IMG/VR virus record: IMGVR_UViG_3300005614_001084
Location: 108,311 to 172,310 of that record
Origin: a virus
Lineage: Duplodnaviria > Caudoviricetes
Direction: 5' to 3' (one strand)
Length of the DNA stretch: 64,000 nt
Position 1 is the first letter of the stretch; every line of letters begins with the position of its first letter. This document shows positions 43,960 through 54,124 of this stretch, piece by piece. The notes below the pieces were generated by a model. It worked only from the letters and a program-made list of their open reading frames with translations, made no database searches and was not told the origin of the DNA. Made by a program: the position numbers and the translations under genes.

Positions 43960-45672
43960 TCAGAGACCAGCCGCAACGGGAAGGTTGGTCCCGTAATCCG
44001 ACTGGCCGATGGGGCCGGGGTGGATGCTGTCGTCGCTGTCGCCGAGCGTGTAAAGAGTAGTGCCGTCGATGATCACGCCGAACCCAGAGGCGGATACCGC
44101 TGCGGCATCGGCCGCACGGAACTGCGCGAGAGTCTGTCCGCGCCCGTTGGTGGGCTCGTCGGTACGCGGTCCTGCGGTCTGCTTCCAGATCCGCCCGAAG
44201 TACGGCCCCACGATGCTGTAGAAGGTCGTCTTCGCCGCCTGGTAGTCCGAGACCAAGACCCACTGGTTCTTGCCGAAGTCGTTTGTCGATAGCTGATCTA
44301 GAAGATCGTTGCCTACGGTACCGTCGGCCTGTGCGATCACCGCGGCCGCAAAAGCCGCGGGACTGGCGAACCGAACGAAGCACATGTCGTAGAAAGAGAA
44401 CGTCCCACCGGCGAGGAAGGTCGTACGTCCGCCACCTGTGCTGGTGGCGTACGCCGCTCGCCACGCGATGCCTGCGCCTCCTGCCTGCGACTGCCCCGCC
44501 TTCTGACCCTGGAGGATCGAATCGAACAACACCACGCAGCGGTGTGCCGGCGGCGTTGGAGTACTCGGGATGAAGCTGTATCCGGGAGGCAGCCAGAGTT
44601 CCTTCAAATAAGATCCAGCATTCGGCGGCGTGACGTTCAACGTCTGAGGACCCACCTCGATCGCGACCGTTTTTGAAACACCAGGATTGCCGAGAGAGAT
44701 TCCGGGATACGCGATGGTAGCCACGTCGATGACACTCCGCACTCCATCTACTGTCACAGCGATGGTGTACTGCGGGGTGTCGGTCTTCTCGACGGTAAGA
44801 AGTTGAAGCTGATCCGACGTCGTCGTTCCCACGATCGACGAATACACGGACACGATGTCATAGCCCGGGCCCGGGACGGCTGGAGCGGAGTCGAAGTACG
44901 GGACGCCGGCCAACGAGACCTTCGTGGTACCGCTGGCTGCGGCGAGCAGCGCGGCAAGCTGTGCGTCGTCGGCGTCGGAGAGGGCGTCCGGAAACACGAC
45001 GACGAAGCGCGCCGTCATCGTGGGGCTCAGGCCTGCGCTTGCGATGACACCACCGATCGCTACCTGACCTGAAGGCAGCGTTAGCCCTGAGACATCAGCA
45101 GATCCGGCGTTCGTTCCGAAGAGGTCGGTTCCGTTAAGTCGTTGCGGCTTCACCGCGGACGAGCCATCGGAGAACTTCGCGCGTCCTGACCAGATGCCCC
45201 AACTGTCGCTGTACCTCGCGGACTGGTAGTAGCAGACGCTGCTCCCGCCCTTGATCGCGATCATGCCGATGTGGCCGCTGTTGCGTGCGTACAGGCCAAC
45301 GTAGTCCGTCGCCGTACCTGCGTTCACGGCGTAGCTCTCGCTTGCCCCGCCCGCCAACGAGCCAACAAGATAGATCGATGCCCCAGGGGCGCCGGTAAGA
45401 AGGTTGTCCAGTCCCTTCATGACGGTGGTGGGCGTGAAGAGCACCGTGTTCGTCGAGGGACTTGCAGTCGGTCGTGCGGTAGATCCCGATGCCGCAGTCA
45501 CAGGAGCTTGGCCAGTGAGCGGGGCCCACGACGTCATGCGCTGGCCCGCTTCGACGACGCGTCCCGACGCTCCATCAAGAAGAGCCCCGCCACCTCCGTG
45601 CGTGCTTACGAAAGAGATCAACGCCGACAGGGCACTTGCTGCTCCGCCGGCGAGAAGGAGCGATCGACTCAC
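43960..45672 (-). CDS. Virion fibre/appendage protein: lectin-like beta-sandwich plus SGNH esterase
   Basis: LFDSILQG, STNDFG, DDSIHPGPIG (SGNH blocks I, III, V); N-terminus MSRSLLLAGG. Confidence 0.7.
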   Translation of the reverse strand: MSRSLLLAGGAASALSALISFVSTHGGGGALLDGASGRVVEAGQRMTSWAPLTGQAPVTAASGSTARPTASPSTNTVLFTPTTVMKGLDNLLTGAPGASIYLVGSLAGGASESYAVNAGTATDYVGLYARNSGHIGMIAIKGGSSVCYYQSARYSDSWGIWSGRAKFSDGSSAVKPQRLNGTDLFGTNAGSADVSGLTLPSGQVAIGGVIASAGLSPTMTARFVVVFPDALSDADDAQLAALLAAASGTTKVSLAGVPYFDSAPAVPGPGYDIVSVYSSIVGTTTSDQLQLLTVEKTDTPQYTIAVTVDGVRSVIDVATIAYPGISLGNPGVSKTVAIEVGPQTLNVTPPNAGSYLKELWLPPGYSFIPSTPTPPAHRCVVLFDSILQGQKAGQSQAGGAGIAWRAAYATSTGGGRTTFLAGGTFSFYDMCFVRFASPAAFAAAVIAQADGTVGNDLLDQLSTNDFGKNQWVLVSDYQAAKTTFYSIVGPYFGRIWKQTAGPRTDEPTNGRGQTLAQFRAADAAAVSASGFGVIIDGTTLYTLGDSDDSIHPGPIGQSDYGTNLPVAAGL

Positions 45673-46658
45673 AGCCCGGCGCCGTTCTTCAGGTACGCTT
45701 CTGCATCCGCCAGATCGCCGTCCTGAGCCTGCCCCGACAAGAACATCAGGGCGGGCCCTGATGTACCTGCCCACGGACTCGCGAGACCTCCGTTGCGGGC
45801 GCCGTAGTTCAACTGCGCGTTCGCGAAGTTGCCGGGACCGCACGAGTTGACGGCGGTGCTGAGCGAGAGAGGTGTTCCGTTCTTGCGGATGAACACGCAG
45901 CCCTTGGTGAGCGTGGTTGTGACGCCGAACGACATCACGCACGGCGAAGCCAGAGACTCGACCGCGGTACATGCGCCGAAGCCCGCAGATCCGCGGGCGA
46001 AGACGCCTACGCTCGGATTGCTGTCGTTCACGTCGATGAGGAAGCCGCCGTTATTGCTGGTGGCGTCCGCGGTCAGTTCCAAGATCATCGCCGCGGCCGT
46101 CTGACCGTCGGTCAAGGCAGCGACGATGCGCAGCGAGTTGTACGGCGAGAAGTCGCAGACACCCGCCAGCACGGAGTTGAAGCCCGGGCCCTGGAACTGA
46201 AGACCGGGCTTGCTGTTGAAGCTCGACTGCGAGGCGATCGGCTTCTGTCCTGCCACGGACTGGGTGAGGGCGAAGCCGGCCTTGGATCCGGTGAGGGCGC
46301 CTACGGCACCCGGGGCGAGCGCGCTCTGCTCCAGGACGTCGATCACCGCGGCGACGGTGGCGTACGTGTAGTGCAGCACGTTGCTGTTCGTCGTGCCCCC
46401 GGGGCCCGTCGTGACGCATCGAATCGCGTAGCCGATGTCCGCCGACGTCGGGCTGTACGTAGTTCCGGTGGCACCGCCGATGTCGGAGTACGTGCCGATA
46501 CCGGACTGACCCCACGCATCCCCGCGCTGCCACTTCCGCGACGTGACGGAGCCGCCCTCCGTGGCGGTGAGCGTCCCTCCGATGGTGACCTGTCCGGCGA
46601 TGGACACCGTCGGTGGAGCCGCCACCTGGGCTCCACCGAGCAGCAAAGACCGGCTCAC
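45669..46658 (-). CDS. Virion appendage protein: Ig-like plus LamG/ConA-like domain
   Basis: WQR..IGGATGTTYSPTSADIGYAIRC Ig repeat; LTQSVAGQKP...AEAYL. Confidence 0.7.
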   Translation of the reverse strand: MSRSLLLGGAQVAAPPTVSIAGQVTIGGTLTATEGGSVTSRKWQRGDAWGQSGIGTYSDIGGATGTTYSPTSADIGYAIRCVTTGPGGTTNSNVLHYTYATVAAVIDVLEQSALAPGAVGALTGSKAGFALTQSVAGQKPIASQSSFNSKPGLQFQGPGFNSVLAGVCDFSPYNSLRIVAALTDGQTAAAMILELTADATSNNGGFLIDVNDSNPSVGVFARGSAGFGACTAVESLASPCVMSFGVTTTLTKGCVFIRKNGTPLSLSTAVNSCGPGNFANAQLNYGARNGGLASPWAGTSGPALMFLSGQAQDGDLADAEAYLKNGAGL

Positions 46659-46661
46659 GGC

Positions 46662-47120
46662 TCAGGCTCCCGAGAACCAGTTCAGGCCATCCTTCGAGAC
46701 GAGCGAGATCCGCTTCCGCCCCGTCCCACCGTCGAAGGCCACGCCGACACCGGCGTTGTCGATCTGAACCGTGCCTGCCGGAGTGATGGTGACGTGCGTC
46801 GCGTTCCCCGTGCACTGGATGGTCAGGATCAGCGCGGTGCCGGGCGCCTTCACCAGAGCAGCGGAGAGATCGGGGAGCGTGAACGCCTGCGCACCGGCGC
46901 CAGTGGCGAACACCACCGCGCCGATGTCGGCCGCGACCAATCCGTACGCGCCTCCTTGCGGGTTGGCGGCCGGCTGCGCCATGGCCAGCGTCATGGCGTC
47001 GAGCGCGTTGGCGACCTGGGTGCGGAAGAAGCGAACCTCCTCACCGAGCCCGCTACCGGGACGAGTGAGGTGGGGCTTCTTCGAATGACGCGGGAACGGC
47101 GGTAGCGGGAACAGCGGCAT
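46662..47120 (-). CDS. Probable virion structural protein
   Basis: Position in tail module; FTLP...W beta-rich C-terminal domain. Confidence 0.6.
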   Translation of the reverse strand: MPLFPLPPFPRHSKKPHLTRPGSGLGEEVRFFRTQVANALDAMTLAMAQPAANPQGGAYGLVAADIGAVVFATGAGAQAFTLPDLSAALVKAPGTALILTIQCTGNATHVTITPAGTVQIDNAGVGVAFDGGTGRKRISLVSKDGLNWFSGA

Positions 47121-47169
47121 GGCGATCTCCTCAGCTCAAGAAGGGAGCCTGTTCAAACCAGCGAGAAGC

Positions 47170-47877
47170 TCAGGCGATCAGCTCGATGCTGCGCGTCGCG
47201 ATCGGGATGAGCAGCTCGAACTGCACCGCCACGCTCTCCTGGACCAGCACGCCCTGGGCGTCGGTCGCGAAGGTGTGGTTCGGCACGTAGCAGCTCTCCA
47301 GGTAGAACGCGCCGTAGGTGTCCTGGTTGGAGTCCTTGACCACGACCAAGAGCCCGATGGGCTGGCCGAAGAGATCCGACGCCAGGTTGGCGAAGAAGTT
47401 CTCGTAGCCCGGCGGGATGACGACGTCGTGCGGGTTCGGCATGGAGCCGGCACCGACGTTCGGGAACACCGAGGGGACCAGGGTGTTCGGGATGAGATCC
47501 TGGTAGTATGCGTAGAGCACGCGCAGGATCGAGGGGCCGTGGTAGAGCACGCGGCTCAGCCCAAGCTGACCGATCGTGCGCCCGCTGATGAAGTAGCTGC
47601 GCTCCGAGCCCAGCTCGAAGATGCGGCTGAACTGTCGGTTGTGCGACAGATTCATGTTCTGCGTCACGCCGACCGGGTAGACGATCTGACTCGCCGTCGC
47701 CGGGCTGCTGAGCGCCGCACCCAGGCTCAGCGCGCCACCGACCGTGGCGAGGCGCGGAGGCCCGGCGAAGATGCCCATGAATGCGCCCGACACGAACTGA
47801 CCGTCCACCATGCCGGGGCCTTCGCCACCGCTCTGGACGTAGTTCTCGTACGGCTTCCAGTTGCTGAAACTCGCCAT
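47170..47877 (-). CDS. Tail tube protein
   Basis: VGVTQN..RIFELGS, LESCY..ESVAVQFE; downstream of sheath. Confidence 0.75.
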   Translation of the reverse strand: MASFSNWKPYENYVQSGGEGPGMVDGQFVSGAFMGIFAGPPRLATVGGALSLGAALSSPATASQIVYPVGVTQNMNLSHNRQFSRIFELGSERSYFISGRTIGQLGLSRVLYHGPSILRVLYAYYQDLIPNTLVPSVFPNVGAGSMPNPHDVVIPPGYENFFANLASDLFGQPIGLLVVVKDSNQDTYGAFYLESCYVPNHTFATDAQGVLVQESVAVQFELLIPIATRSIELIA

Positions 47878-47897
47878 GATCGTTCTCTCCTACGGCT

Positions 47898-48203
47898 TCA
47901 GCCGTTCTTCGCCTGGGTGATGAACTCGTCGATGCTGGTCTGCCGCGCGACGTCGAAAGCGGCGAGCTTCTTCTTCGTGGTGTGCTGGCGGATCTCTTCC
48001 TCCGCCGACTTGTGCCTGGTGGAATCGATCAGCTCACGCACCTCGTCCAGCGGAGACTTCTCCGCCAGACGGGCGATGCCGTTGGGCTCGTTCTGGCGGT
48101 CGGCCTCCTTCTTGGCGGTCTTCTCCGCCTCGTAGGCGACGAGGTCCTTCTCCAGTTCCTCGTCGAACGTCCGCGCCTTGTCGTCGTATCGGAAGTCCTT
48201 CAT
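47898..48203 (-). CDS. Charged hypothetical protein
   Basis: GAGGTG SD, ATG 48203. Confidence 0.65.
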   Translation of the reverse strand: MKDFRYDDKARTFDEELEKDLVAYEAEKTAKKEADRQNEPNGIARLAEKSPLDEVRELIDSTRHKSAEEEIRQHTTKKKLAAFDVARQTSIDEFITQAKNG

Positions 48204-48211
48204 GACGCACC

Positions 48212-51200
48212 TCAGATGACGAGCGTGATCTTGACGTAGTTGAGCGGGTACAGCACGCCGACGGTGACGTCGATCTCCAGGGTGTCGGGCGCCGAGGCGC
48301 TCTGGCGGATGGCGTTCACCTCGAAGCTCTTGAGCACACCGTTCTTCACGAGGAAGGCGGCGAGGCCGTCGAGGACGATGCTGATCGCATCCTGGACGTT
48401 CGTCGTGATGTTGTAGCGACCGATGAAGTTCTTCAGGCCGCCGCGGATGAACTTCGCCGTGAAGTCGAGGGCGCGCGTGATCGACGTCTCGCGCTTCTCG
48501 ATCGTCGACATGTCGGTGGTGAGCTGGTGCCGCGTCTTCACCGGCTGCCCGTCGGCTTCCTGGTAGAGCACCCACAGACCACCGCCGCTCAGGATCTTGA
48601 GCTGCGCCTCGGAGTAGCGGTCCTGGGAACCCAGGACGCCGGTGAAGCCCGCGATGCTCTCCTCGGTGAGCGGCTGGCTCGGGTCCACCGCGCTCATCTT
48701 GCCGGCGAGCGCCGCCGCCAGGTAGTAGCCGGCGATGGCGGTCTCCAGGCCGCCGAGCGAGGCCTTGGCCTGGTCGGGTGCCGTGGCGATGACGCGACGG
48801 TCGAGGTAGCCGCGCGCGATGTCGGCGTACGCGATGGCCTCGTCGGTGCGGTTGCCCAGCGCGCCGCCCAGGATGAACACCGAGACCGGACGGTCGACGA
48901 TCGCCGAGGTGAACACCGGGCTGCCCTCGCCGTCGAAGAACAGCGTGTTGCCGGCGCTCAGCGGACCATCGTTGATCGTGGCGTTCGGGCCCACGACGCT
49001 CTCCACGAGGTAGCGGTTGGTGTCGTCCTCGAACATGAGGAAGACGCCATCGGCCTCGACGTACGTCGGGCCGGGCTTGCCGAGGGCGGCCAGCTTCGCC
49101 TGGAGATCGGCGATGCCGGTGTTGACGACGTTCGTCGGCGGGCCCGCCACGTTCGCCGTGGGAGCCGAAGCGACGAGGGTGTCACTCTTCCGCGTCGGAC
49201 GCGTCGGGTTGAGGATCGCGATGCGCTCCAGGCCGTTCTCCGGCTTGCTCAGCTCGTCCACGTGGACCTGGGCGACCTGCCCGACGGTGCCGGCGTGGGT
49301 GAGCGGCGCGATGCCGTAGACGTCCTTCGACTCCAGGTACTCGAAGCCGCGGGTGTAGGCGTCGAGCGTGCCCTCGGGCTCGCCTGCCGAGATCGCATCG
49401 ACACCGAGCCCCGTGACCTCGACGCCCGGGGCGTTGAGGATCGCGAAGTACATGCCGAGACCGAGCGGGTTCTGGGTGTCGAGCGGGGCCAGCGCGGCCT
49501 CCAGCGCGGTCGTGGTGCCGAAGCGGAGGAGGTTGAAGTCCGTGCCGCTCGTCGTCACGTCCTTGCGAAGCGCGTTGTACGCGACGTACGTCGCCAGCGG
49601 GCCGACGTTCGACGGATCGCCGTTGGTGGCGCGGAACAGCTCGTGCTTCACACGAACCGCGCCGCTCGTCACGTCGACCCGAAGATCGGACGAAGGACGC
49701 GAGGTCGTGGAGTCGGAGTTGTCGAGCGCCTTGGCCTGGATGTACCAGGAGCTGCCGGTGTAGCTGAGGAGCTGTTCCACGCTGATGCGCAGGCGGTTGT
49801 CCGGCGTCGCCGGCACCTCGGTGATCTGACCGAGGCGCACGCCGTTGACCCACACCTCGTCACCGACGATCGGCGAGAAGGCGTTGCCGTACACGGCCGA
49901 GACCGTGTTGAACGGCGCGCCACTGCCCGTGAGACCGAGGGCGGTGAGGAGCGTGGAGTCGCTGGCGTTGAGGTCGATGCGGACCTCGCTCTCGCGCCCG
50001 CCGTTGGTGTCGAGGCCGTGCAGCACGAGGTTGTTCGCCCCGTTCAGCGACGCCGCGCCTGCGCCCCAGAGCGCGTTGATAGCGGTGATGAGCGTCGCCG
50101 CGCTCGTCACCGACGTGCTGAACACGATCTGCTGGAACTGGTCGCCACCGATGCTCATGCGGAGCACGCGGCCCTGCACGCTGGCCGAGTACGTCACGGC
50201 CGTGAGGTCGGTGTTGCCCTGCGCGCGAGCCTTGCTCGGCTTGCCTGCGGCGTAGCTGCCGATCGCGAGACCGATCGTGGCCTCGTTGATGGTGCCGCCC
50301 GCACCGATCTCGATGCCCGACACCGCGCCCGTGGCGAGCGACGTGATGACGGGGTGGTTCGCGCCGTTCAGCACCGCCGTGGCGAAGCCGGAGAGGCCCG
50401 AGTTGAGCTGACCGATCGCGGCCGGCGCGTTGCCCGGGCTCGCGAACGTCACGGTGTGCGACACGCCGTCCACGAGGACTTCGAGCGTGAAGGTGCCGAA
50501 CTCCGCGGGGTACGACAGCGTCGTCCAGTCGACCGTGCCGGTGAGCGCGGCGGCCTTGTCGTGGAACACCGCGTTGGCGAAGTTCAGGTACGGCGAGAGG
50601 TTGTCGCCGTCCCCGTCGTTCTGCACCGTGACCGCCGACGTCGCGCCGTCGAGGAAGCTCTCCGTGCGGAGCACCTCGCGGACGTTGCCGCTGCCGTCGT
50701 TGATGAAGACGCGGACGGTATCGAACTCGATCGTCACCTGGTCGATGATCTTGCGCGGATCCGGGTAGTCGGGCAGGCCGATCTTGAGGTCCCAGAAGTT
50801 GTTGTAGCCGGACGCGCCGACGTTCGTGTAGCCCTTCGTGATGGCGAAGGCCGTGAGCACGGCACTGCTCGTGCTCGCGCCGACCTGGAGGCTGGCGTTC
50901 TCGCCCGTGACCTCGGTGTAGACGACGACGCGCTTCTGCGTGCCGCTGATCTCCACCGTGGCGTGCAGGCCCGGGATCTCGGCCGAGTTGATGGCATCCG
51001 CCACCTGATCGACCGTGAGGTTCGGGCCCGTGCCGAACACGACCTGATCGGGGGCGGCGTTGTTCACGCTGACCTCGAACGTGTTCGTGCCGACGCTGGC
51101 GTACTCGAACGGCGAGCTGACGTACTTGAACGCGATGCGCGCGGGTTCCGCGATGCGCGCGTCGGGGTTCAGGCTCCCGTCGTCCTGCACCGCTTCGATG

Positions 51201-51316
51201 ACCTGGATGCAAGGGCCCATGATGCACGCCGGCATCGTGGGGGTGAGGATCGTCGGGCTGACGGTCTGGAAGTCCTGGATGACCTGGACACTGGGACGCT
51301 CGATGGTGGCAACCAT
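48212..51316 (-). CDS. Contractile tail sheath protein (1034 aa)
   Basis: N-terminal RPSVQV; C-terminal YLAAALAG, RHQLTTD, E.SITRALD, YPLNYVKITLVI. Confidence 0.88.
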   Translation of the reverse strand: MVATIERPSVQVIQDFQTVSPTILTPTMPACIMGPCIQVIEAVQDDGSLNPDARIAEPARIAFKYVSSPFEYASVGTNTFEVSVNNAAPDQVVFGTGPNLTVDQVADAINSAEIPGLHATVEISGTQKRVVVYTEVTGENASLQVGASTSSAVLTAFAITKGYTNVGASGYNNFWDLKIGLPDYPDPRKIIDQVTIEFDTVRVFINDGSGNVREVLRTESFLDGATSAVTVQNDGDGDNLSPYLNFANAVFHDKAAALTGTVDWTTLSYPAEFGTFTLEVLVDGVSHTVTFASPGNAPAAIGQLNSGLSGFATAVLNGANHPVITSLATGAVSGIEIGAGGTINEATIGLAIGSYAAGKPSKARAQGNTDLTAVTYSASVQGRVLRMSIGGDQFQQIVFSTSVTSAATLITAINALWGAGAASLNGANNLVLHGLDTNGGRESEVRIDLNASDSTLLTALGLTGSGAPFNTVSAVYGNAFSPIVGDEVWVNGVRLGQITEVPATPDNRLRISVEQLLSYTGSSWYIQAKALDNSDSTTSRPSSDLRVDVTSGAVRVKHELFRATNGDPSNVGPLATYVAYNALRKDVTTSGTDFNLLRFGTTTALEAALAPLDTQNPLGLGMYFAILNAPGVEVTGLGVDAISAGEPEGTLDAYTRGFEYLESKDVYGIAPLTHAGTVGQVAQVHVDELSKPENGLERIAILNPTRPTRKSDTLVASAPTANVAGPPTNVVNTGIADLQAKLAALGKPGPTYVEADGVFLMFEDDTNRYLVESVVGPNATINDGPLSAGNTLFFDGEGSPVFTSAIVDRPVSVFILGGALGNRTDEAIAYADIARGYLDRRVIATAPDQAKASLGGLETAIAGYYLAAALAGKMSAVDPSQPLTEESIAGFTGVLGSQDRYSEAQLKILSGGGLWVLYQEADGQPVKTRHQLTTDMSTIEKRETSITRALDFTAKFIRGGLKNFIGRYNITTNVQDAISIVLDGLAAFLVKNGVLKSFEVNAIRQSASAPDTLEIDVTVGVLYPLNYVKITLVI

Positions 51317-51325
51317 GGTTCTCTC

Positions 51326-52153
51326 CTATCGGGTCTGGATCTCGACCGTCAGAGGCTCGCTAGATTGTGCCTCGTCCGGGCCTGTTTGTGGAAGGGGACC
51401 CGCGCCGACCGCAGCATCACGGTCTGTCGGAGTCTGATTCGGCTGCTGGACGGCCGAGCCCTGGAGCGGGCTCACCGCCACCGGGCGATCCGGTGGGATC
51501 GCCGGAGTGGTCGTCATCGTCGTGTTGATCTTGCCCACGATCGGCTTGTTGAGCGGCAGCGCCGTGTCCTGGATGTGCAGGTACGTCGGGATGGCGACCA
51601 CCACGACGGTCCAGTCGGTGTCGACGGTATCGATCAGCGAACCTGCGGGAGACGGCGGGGACAACATCATCTTCGAGCCCGTGTACATCACGAGACCGTT
51701 CGACGCCTTGCAGATGTCGTCGCGCAACGCCGAGATCTCTTTACGGACGAACCACGCCAGACCTTCGGCCTCCACCTGCTCGCGGGACAGGCAGTTCACC
51801 ATGATGTTCGTCGGGATCATGTCCATGCGGACCTTGGCGCCCGTAGCGAGGTCGAGGAACGCACGGTCTCCGATACCGAGACCAGCGAATGCGGCCTGGC
51901 TGCGAAGCACCGTGATCGCAGGACGTTTGCCCACTACCGAGGTCTGAATCGGAGAATCGGAACCAATGAAGATCTCGGTGTCAGACTCTTCCGGCCCGAC
52001 ACTGGTGTCGACGTAGCGGTACGAGCCCTGAGGCGCGAGGCTGAATCGCCACTGCAAGAAGTTGACGAACAGACGCACCACGTCGAAGAGAGGGGAGAAC
52101 TGTCCCCTCCCTACGATCGGACCTTCCGGTACCGTGGGCGACTGCGCGGTCAT
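51326..52153 (-). CDS. Probable tail terminator/completion protein
   Basis: RPAITVLR, VNCLSR..EAE.LA; directly upstream of sheath. Confidence 0.55.
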   Translation of the reverse strand: MTAQSPTVPEGPIVGRGQFSPLFDVVRLFVNFLQWRFSLAPQGSYRYVDTSVGPEESDTEIFIGSDSPIQTSVVGKRPAITVLRSQAAFAGLGIGDRAFLDLATGAKVRMDMIPTNIMVNCLSREQVEAEGLAWFVRKEISALRDDICKASNGLVMYTGSKMMLSPPSPAGSLIDTVDTDWTVVVVAIPTYLHIQDTALPLNKPIVGKINTTMTTTPAIPPDRPVAVSPLQGSAVQQPNQTPTDRDAAVGAGPLPQTGPDEAQSSEPLTVEIQTR

Positions 52154-52683
52154 GCCTTCTCTGCTTCCTCTCGCCGATCTGCCATGGCGTGGCGCGACTG
52201 CGCCGCGGCGAGCGCACCGACGAGCGAAAGCCCGCCCGTCACCACCGGCATTGCAGCAAGCCAGCCAGGTCGCTGTCCGCTTCGTGCCACGCTGTCCCCG
52301 ATGATCTCGGCTAGCGTACGGCCGATGCCGTACCCGATGCCGCCTCCGATTGCGGCCACCGGCAGATCCTTGAGGGTCCGTTTCCAGCCGGCCGGCGACA
52401 GGGTCTCGGAGGCGTGCTGAACATCGGGATGCACCATCGACTGCTTCTTCATCAGCTCTCGCTGCGTCTTGCGGGAGCTGGGAAGATCATCTTCGTGCAT
52501 CGCGCACATGTCACCGACGGTGCCCGGGCCTTCGAGCGCGGTCTTGGTGACCGTCTTGATCCCGAAGCTTCCCGGCAGAGGAGCGCGCATCACCGACGTG
52601 GGACGCGGCGTCATCAGACGCGTCTGCGCCTTGGCCAGCATCCCGGGCTGAACCATCGGCGCGAGCATGGCGAGCTTGTCCAT
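52150..52683 (-). CDS. Glycine-zipper K-x-A virion protein
   Basis: AIGGGIGYGIG; MDKLA, TKTA. Confidence 0.6.
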   Translation of the reverse strand: MDKLAMLAPMVQPGMLAKAQTRLMTPRPTSVMRAPLPGSFGIKTVTKTALEGPGTVGDMCAMHEDDLPSSRKTQRELMKKQSMVHPDVQHASETLSPAGWKRTLKDLPVAAIGGGIGYGIGRTLAEIIGDSVARSGQRPGWLAAMPVVTGGLSLVGALAAAQSRHAMADRREEAEKA

Positions 52684-53213
52684 CAGCGCTTCGTCGCCTC
52701 GTAGGCCGCCGCGCCGGCCGCGCCGGCACCCAGCGCCGCGGTGCCCTGTCCGACTCGCTTCGCCAGCTCCAGGCGTCCGGCGATGCCCTTGCCGCCCAAC
52801 GCTGCGGTACCCTTGTTCACCAAATCCAAGGCGCGGCCCTGCTGCCCCACGGCCTTCGCCGCGCGCATGCCGGCGCCCATGACGTGCTGGCCGATCGTCG
52901 TGAACGCATCGGCCTTCTTGATCCGGTCCTCGAACCCCTCCAGCGCTGCCTTCTTCATCCGTGCCTCCCGACGCTCCTGCGTGACGGTGTCTCGAAGTGT
53001 ACGTTCCTTGCCGCGCAAGCGCCCGATCCTCGCGCCCGAGTCTGCGCCCAGGAGCGCTCCGGCCGCCATGCCTGCCGCATGATACTTCGGATGCGCATGC
53101 GTCAGCGCGCGCCCCACCGCTGCTCCGATGAGGCCGCCCTTCGCCGAGTGGTGGATCTCGTCGTTCTTCTCCATCACGGCGTGGAGCTTGCCCTCGTGTT
53201 CCGCCTTGTTCAT
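52683..53213 (-). CDS. Glycine-zipper K-x-A virion protein
   Basis: GGLIGAAVG, AAGALLGA; KKAA, KKAD. Confidence 0.6.
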   Translation of the reverse strand: MNKAEHEGKLHAVMEKNDEIHHSAKGGLIGAAVGRALTHAHPKYHAAGMAAGALLGADSGARIGRLRGKERTLRDTVTQERREARMKKAALEGFEDRIKKADAFTTIGQHVMGAGMRAAKAVGQQGRALDLVNKGTAALGGKGIAGRLELAKRVGQGTAALGAGAAGAAAYEATKR

Positions 53214-54124
53214 CACTCCTCCGGATCTCTGGGGTACGTGGGGTAGTTGGCGAAGATGTCCGGAGACATCTCGTCGATGCTGTCCATCAGATCGGTCGGA
53301 TTCGTGAACATCCGCGGCGGTGATGCCTGGATGTCCTTCAATGCTTGCTCGATCTTGATCGGAATCCGGTACTCGATGTCGGTGTCGTTGAGCTGAAAGA
53401 GCACCAGCTCCTGCTTGATGGGCGTGCGCAGGCGTTCCGACTGCGTCTGCTTCTCCACCCGCCAGCGCTTGTTCTCCGATTCCACGATCAGATCCTTGGG
53501 CCGGACGTTCGGATAGAACGTCATGCGAGCGGTCGTCATCGTGGTCTGCGACGTCTGCTGCGAGTTGTTCTGTACCGCCTTCGCCGCGGGATCGATCTGA
53601 ATCCAAACTTCGATCGGGTTGTTGTATCCACGAAGGAAGCCGGTGTCGTAGCAGGAGAGGCAGTTCGCACGCGTCTTACGCTTGCTGATGCTGTCCCAGC
53701 ACGAAAGACAGCGCAGCCCTGTAGAGCGCCGCGGGAAGAGCCAGCAGAGCCGTCCCGTGGCCTGGGTAAGGAGCGTCTGCTCCATCCGGCGGGTGTAGTT
53801 GGCGATCAGGTCTGGTTCCGCCTCGCGACACACAGGGCCGTAGTCCTTGAGTGCTCCGCTGGCCTTGTGCTTGGTCTGTAGCCGGTACCAGATCTGACGA
53901 AACTTGTCGCCGGCCGGCAAGCGTCGATCGACGAAGATGTACCGCTCCTCGAACGGCTGCGTGATGGCATCGAAGGGTCCTTCCGGCGACTCCGAGCGCA
54001 GGATCTGGAACGTGTAGTCGAGCGCGTCCTCCAGGGTGCCGTCAGCCAGCTCCCAGGTGATCTCGTTCTCGTCTGCGTCCAGGCTGCGAACCCGAAGCCG
54101 CTCGATCGGAAGAACCTTGGCCAT
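53213..54124 (-). CDS. Probable neck/head-closure protein with Zn-binding insert
   Basis: FN3-like N-terminus; RCLSCWD..CLSCYDTGFLRGY; DLIVE..RWRV. Confidence 0.6.
   Translation of the reverse strand: MAKVLPIERLRVRSLDADENEITWELADGTLEDALDYTFQILRSESPEGPFDAITQPFEERYIFVDRRLPAGDKFRQIWYRLQTKHKASGALKDYGPVCREAEPDLIANYTRRMEQTLLTQATGRLCWLFPRRSTGLRCLSCWDSISKRKTRANCLSCYDTGFLRGYNNPIEVWIQIDPAAKAVQNNSQQTSQTTMTTARMTFYPNVRPKDLIVESENKRWRVEKQTQSERLRTPIKQELVLFQLNDTDIEYRIPIKIEQALKDIQASPPRMFTNPTDLMDSIDEMSPDIFANYPTYPRDPEE

Noticed and set aside
48527-52420. 1297-aa + strand ORF and other long antisense ORFs (e.g. 2122-3447, 16409-17659, 59487-60668)
   Set aside because: Shadows of high-GC3 coding on the minus strand; no motifs.
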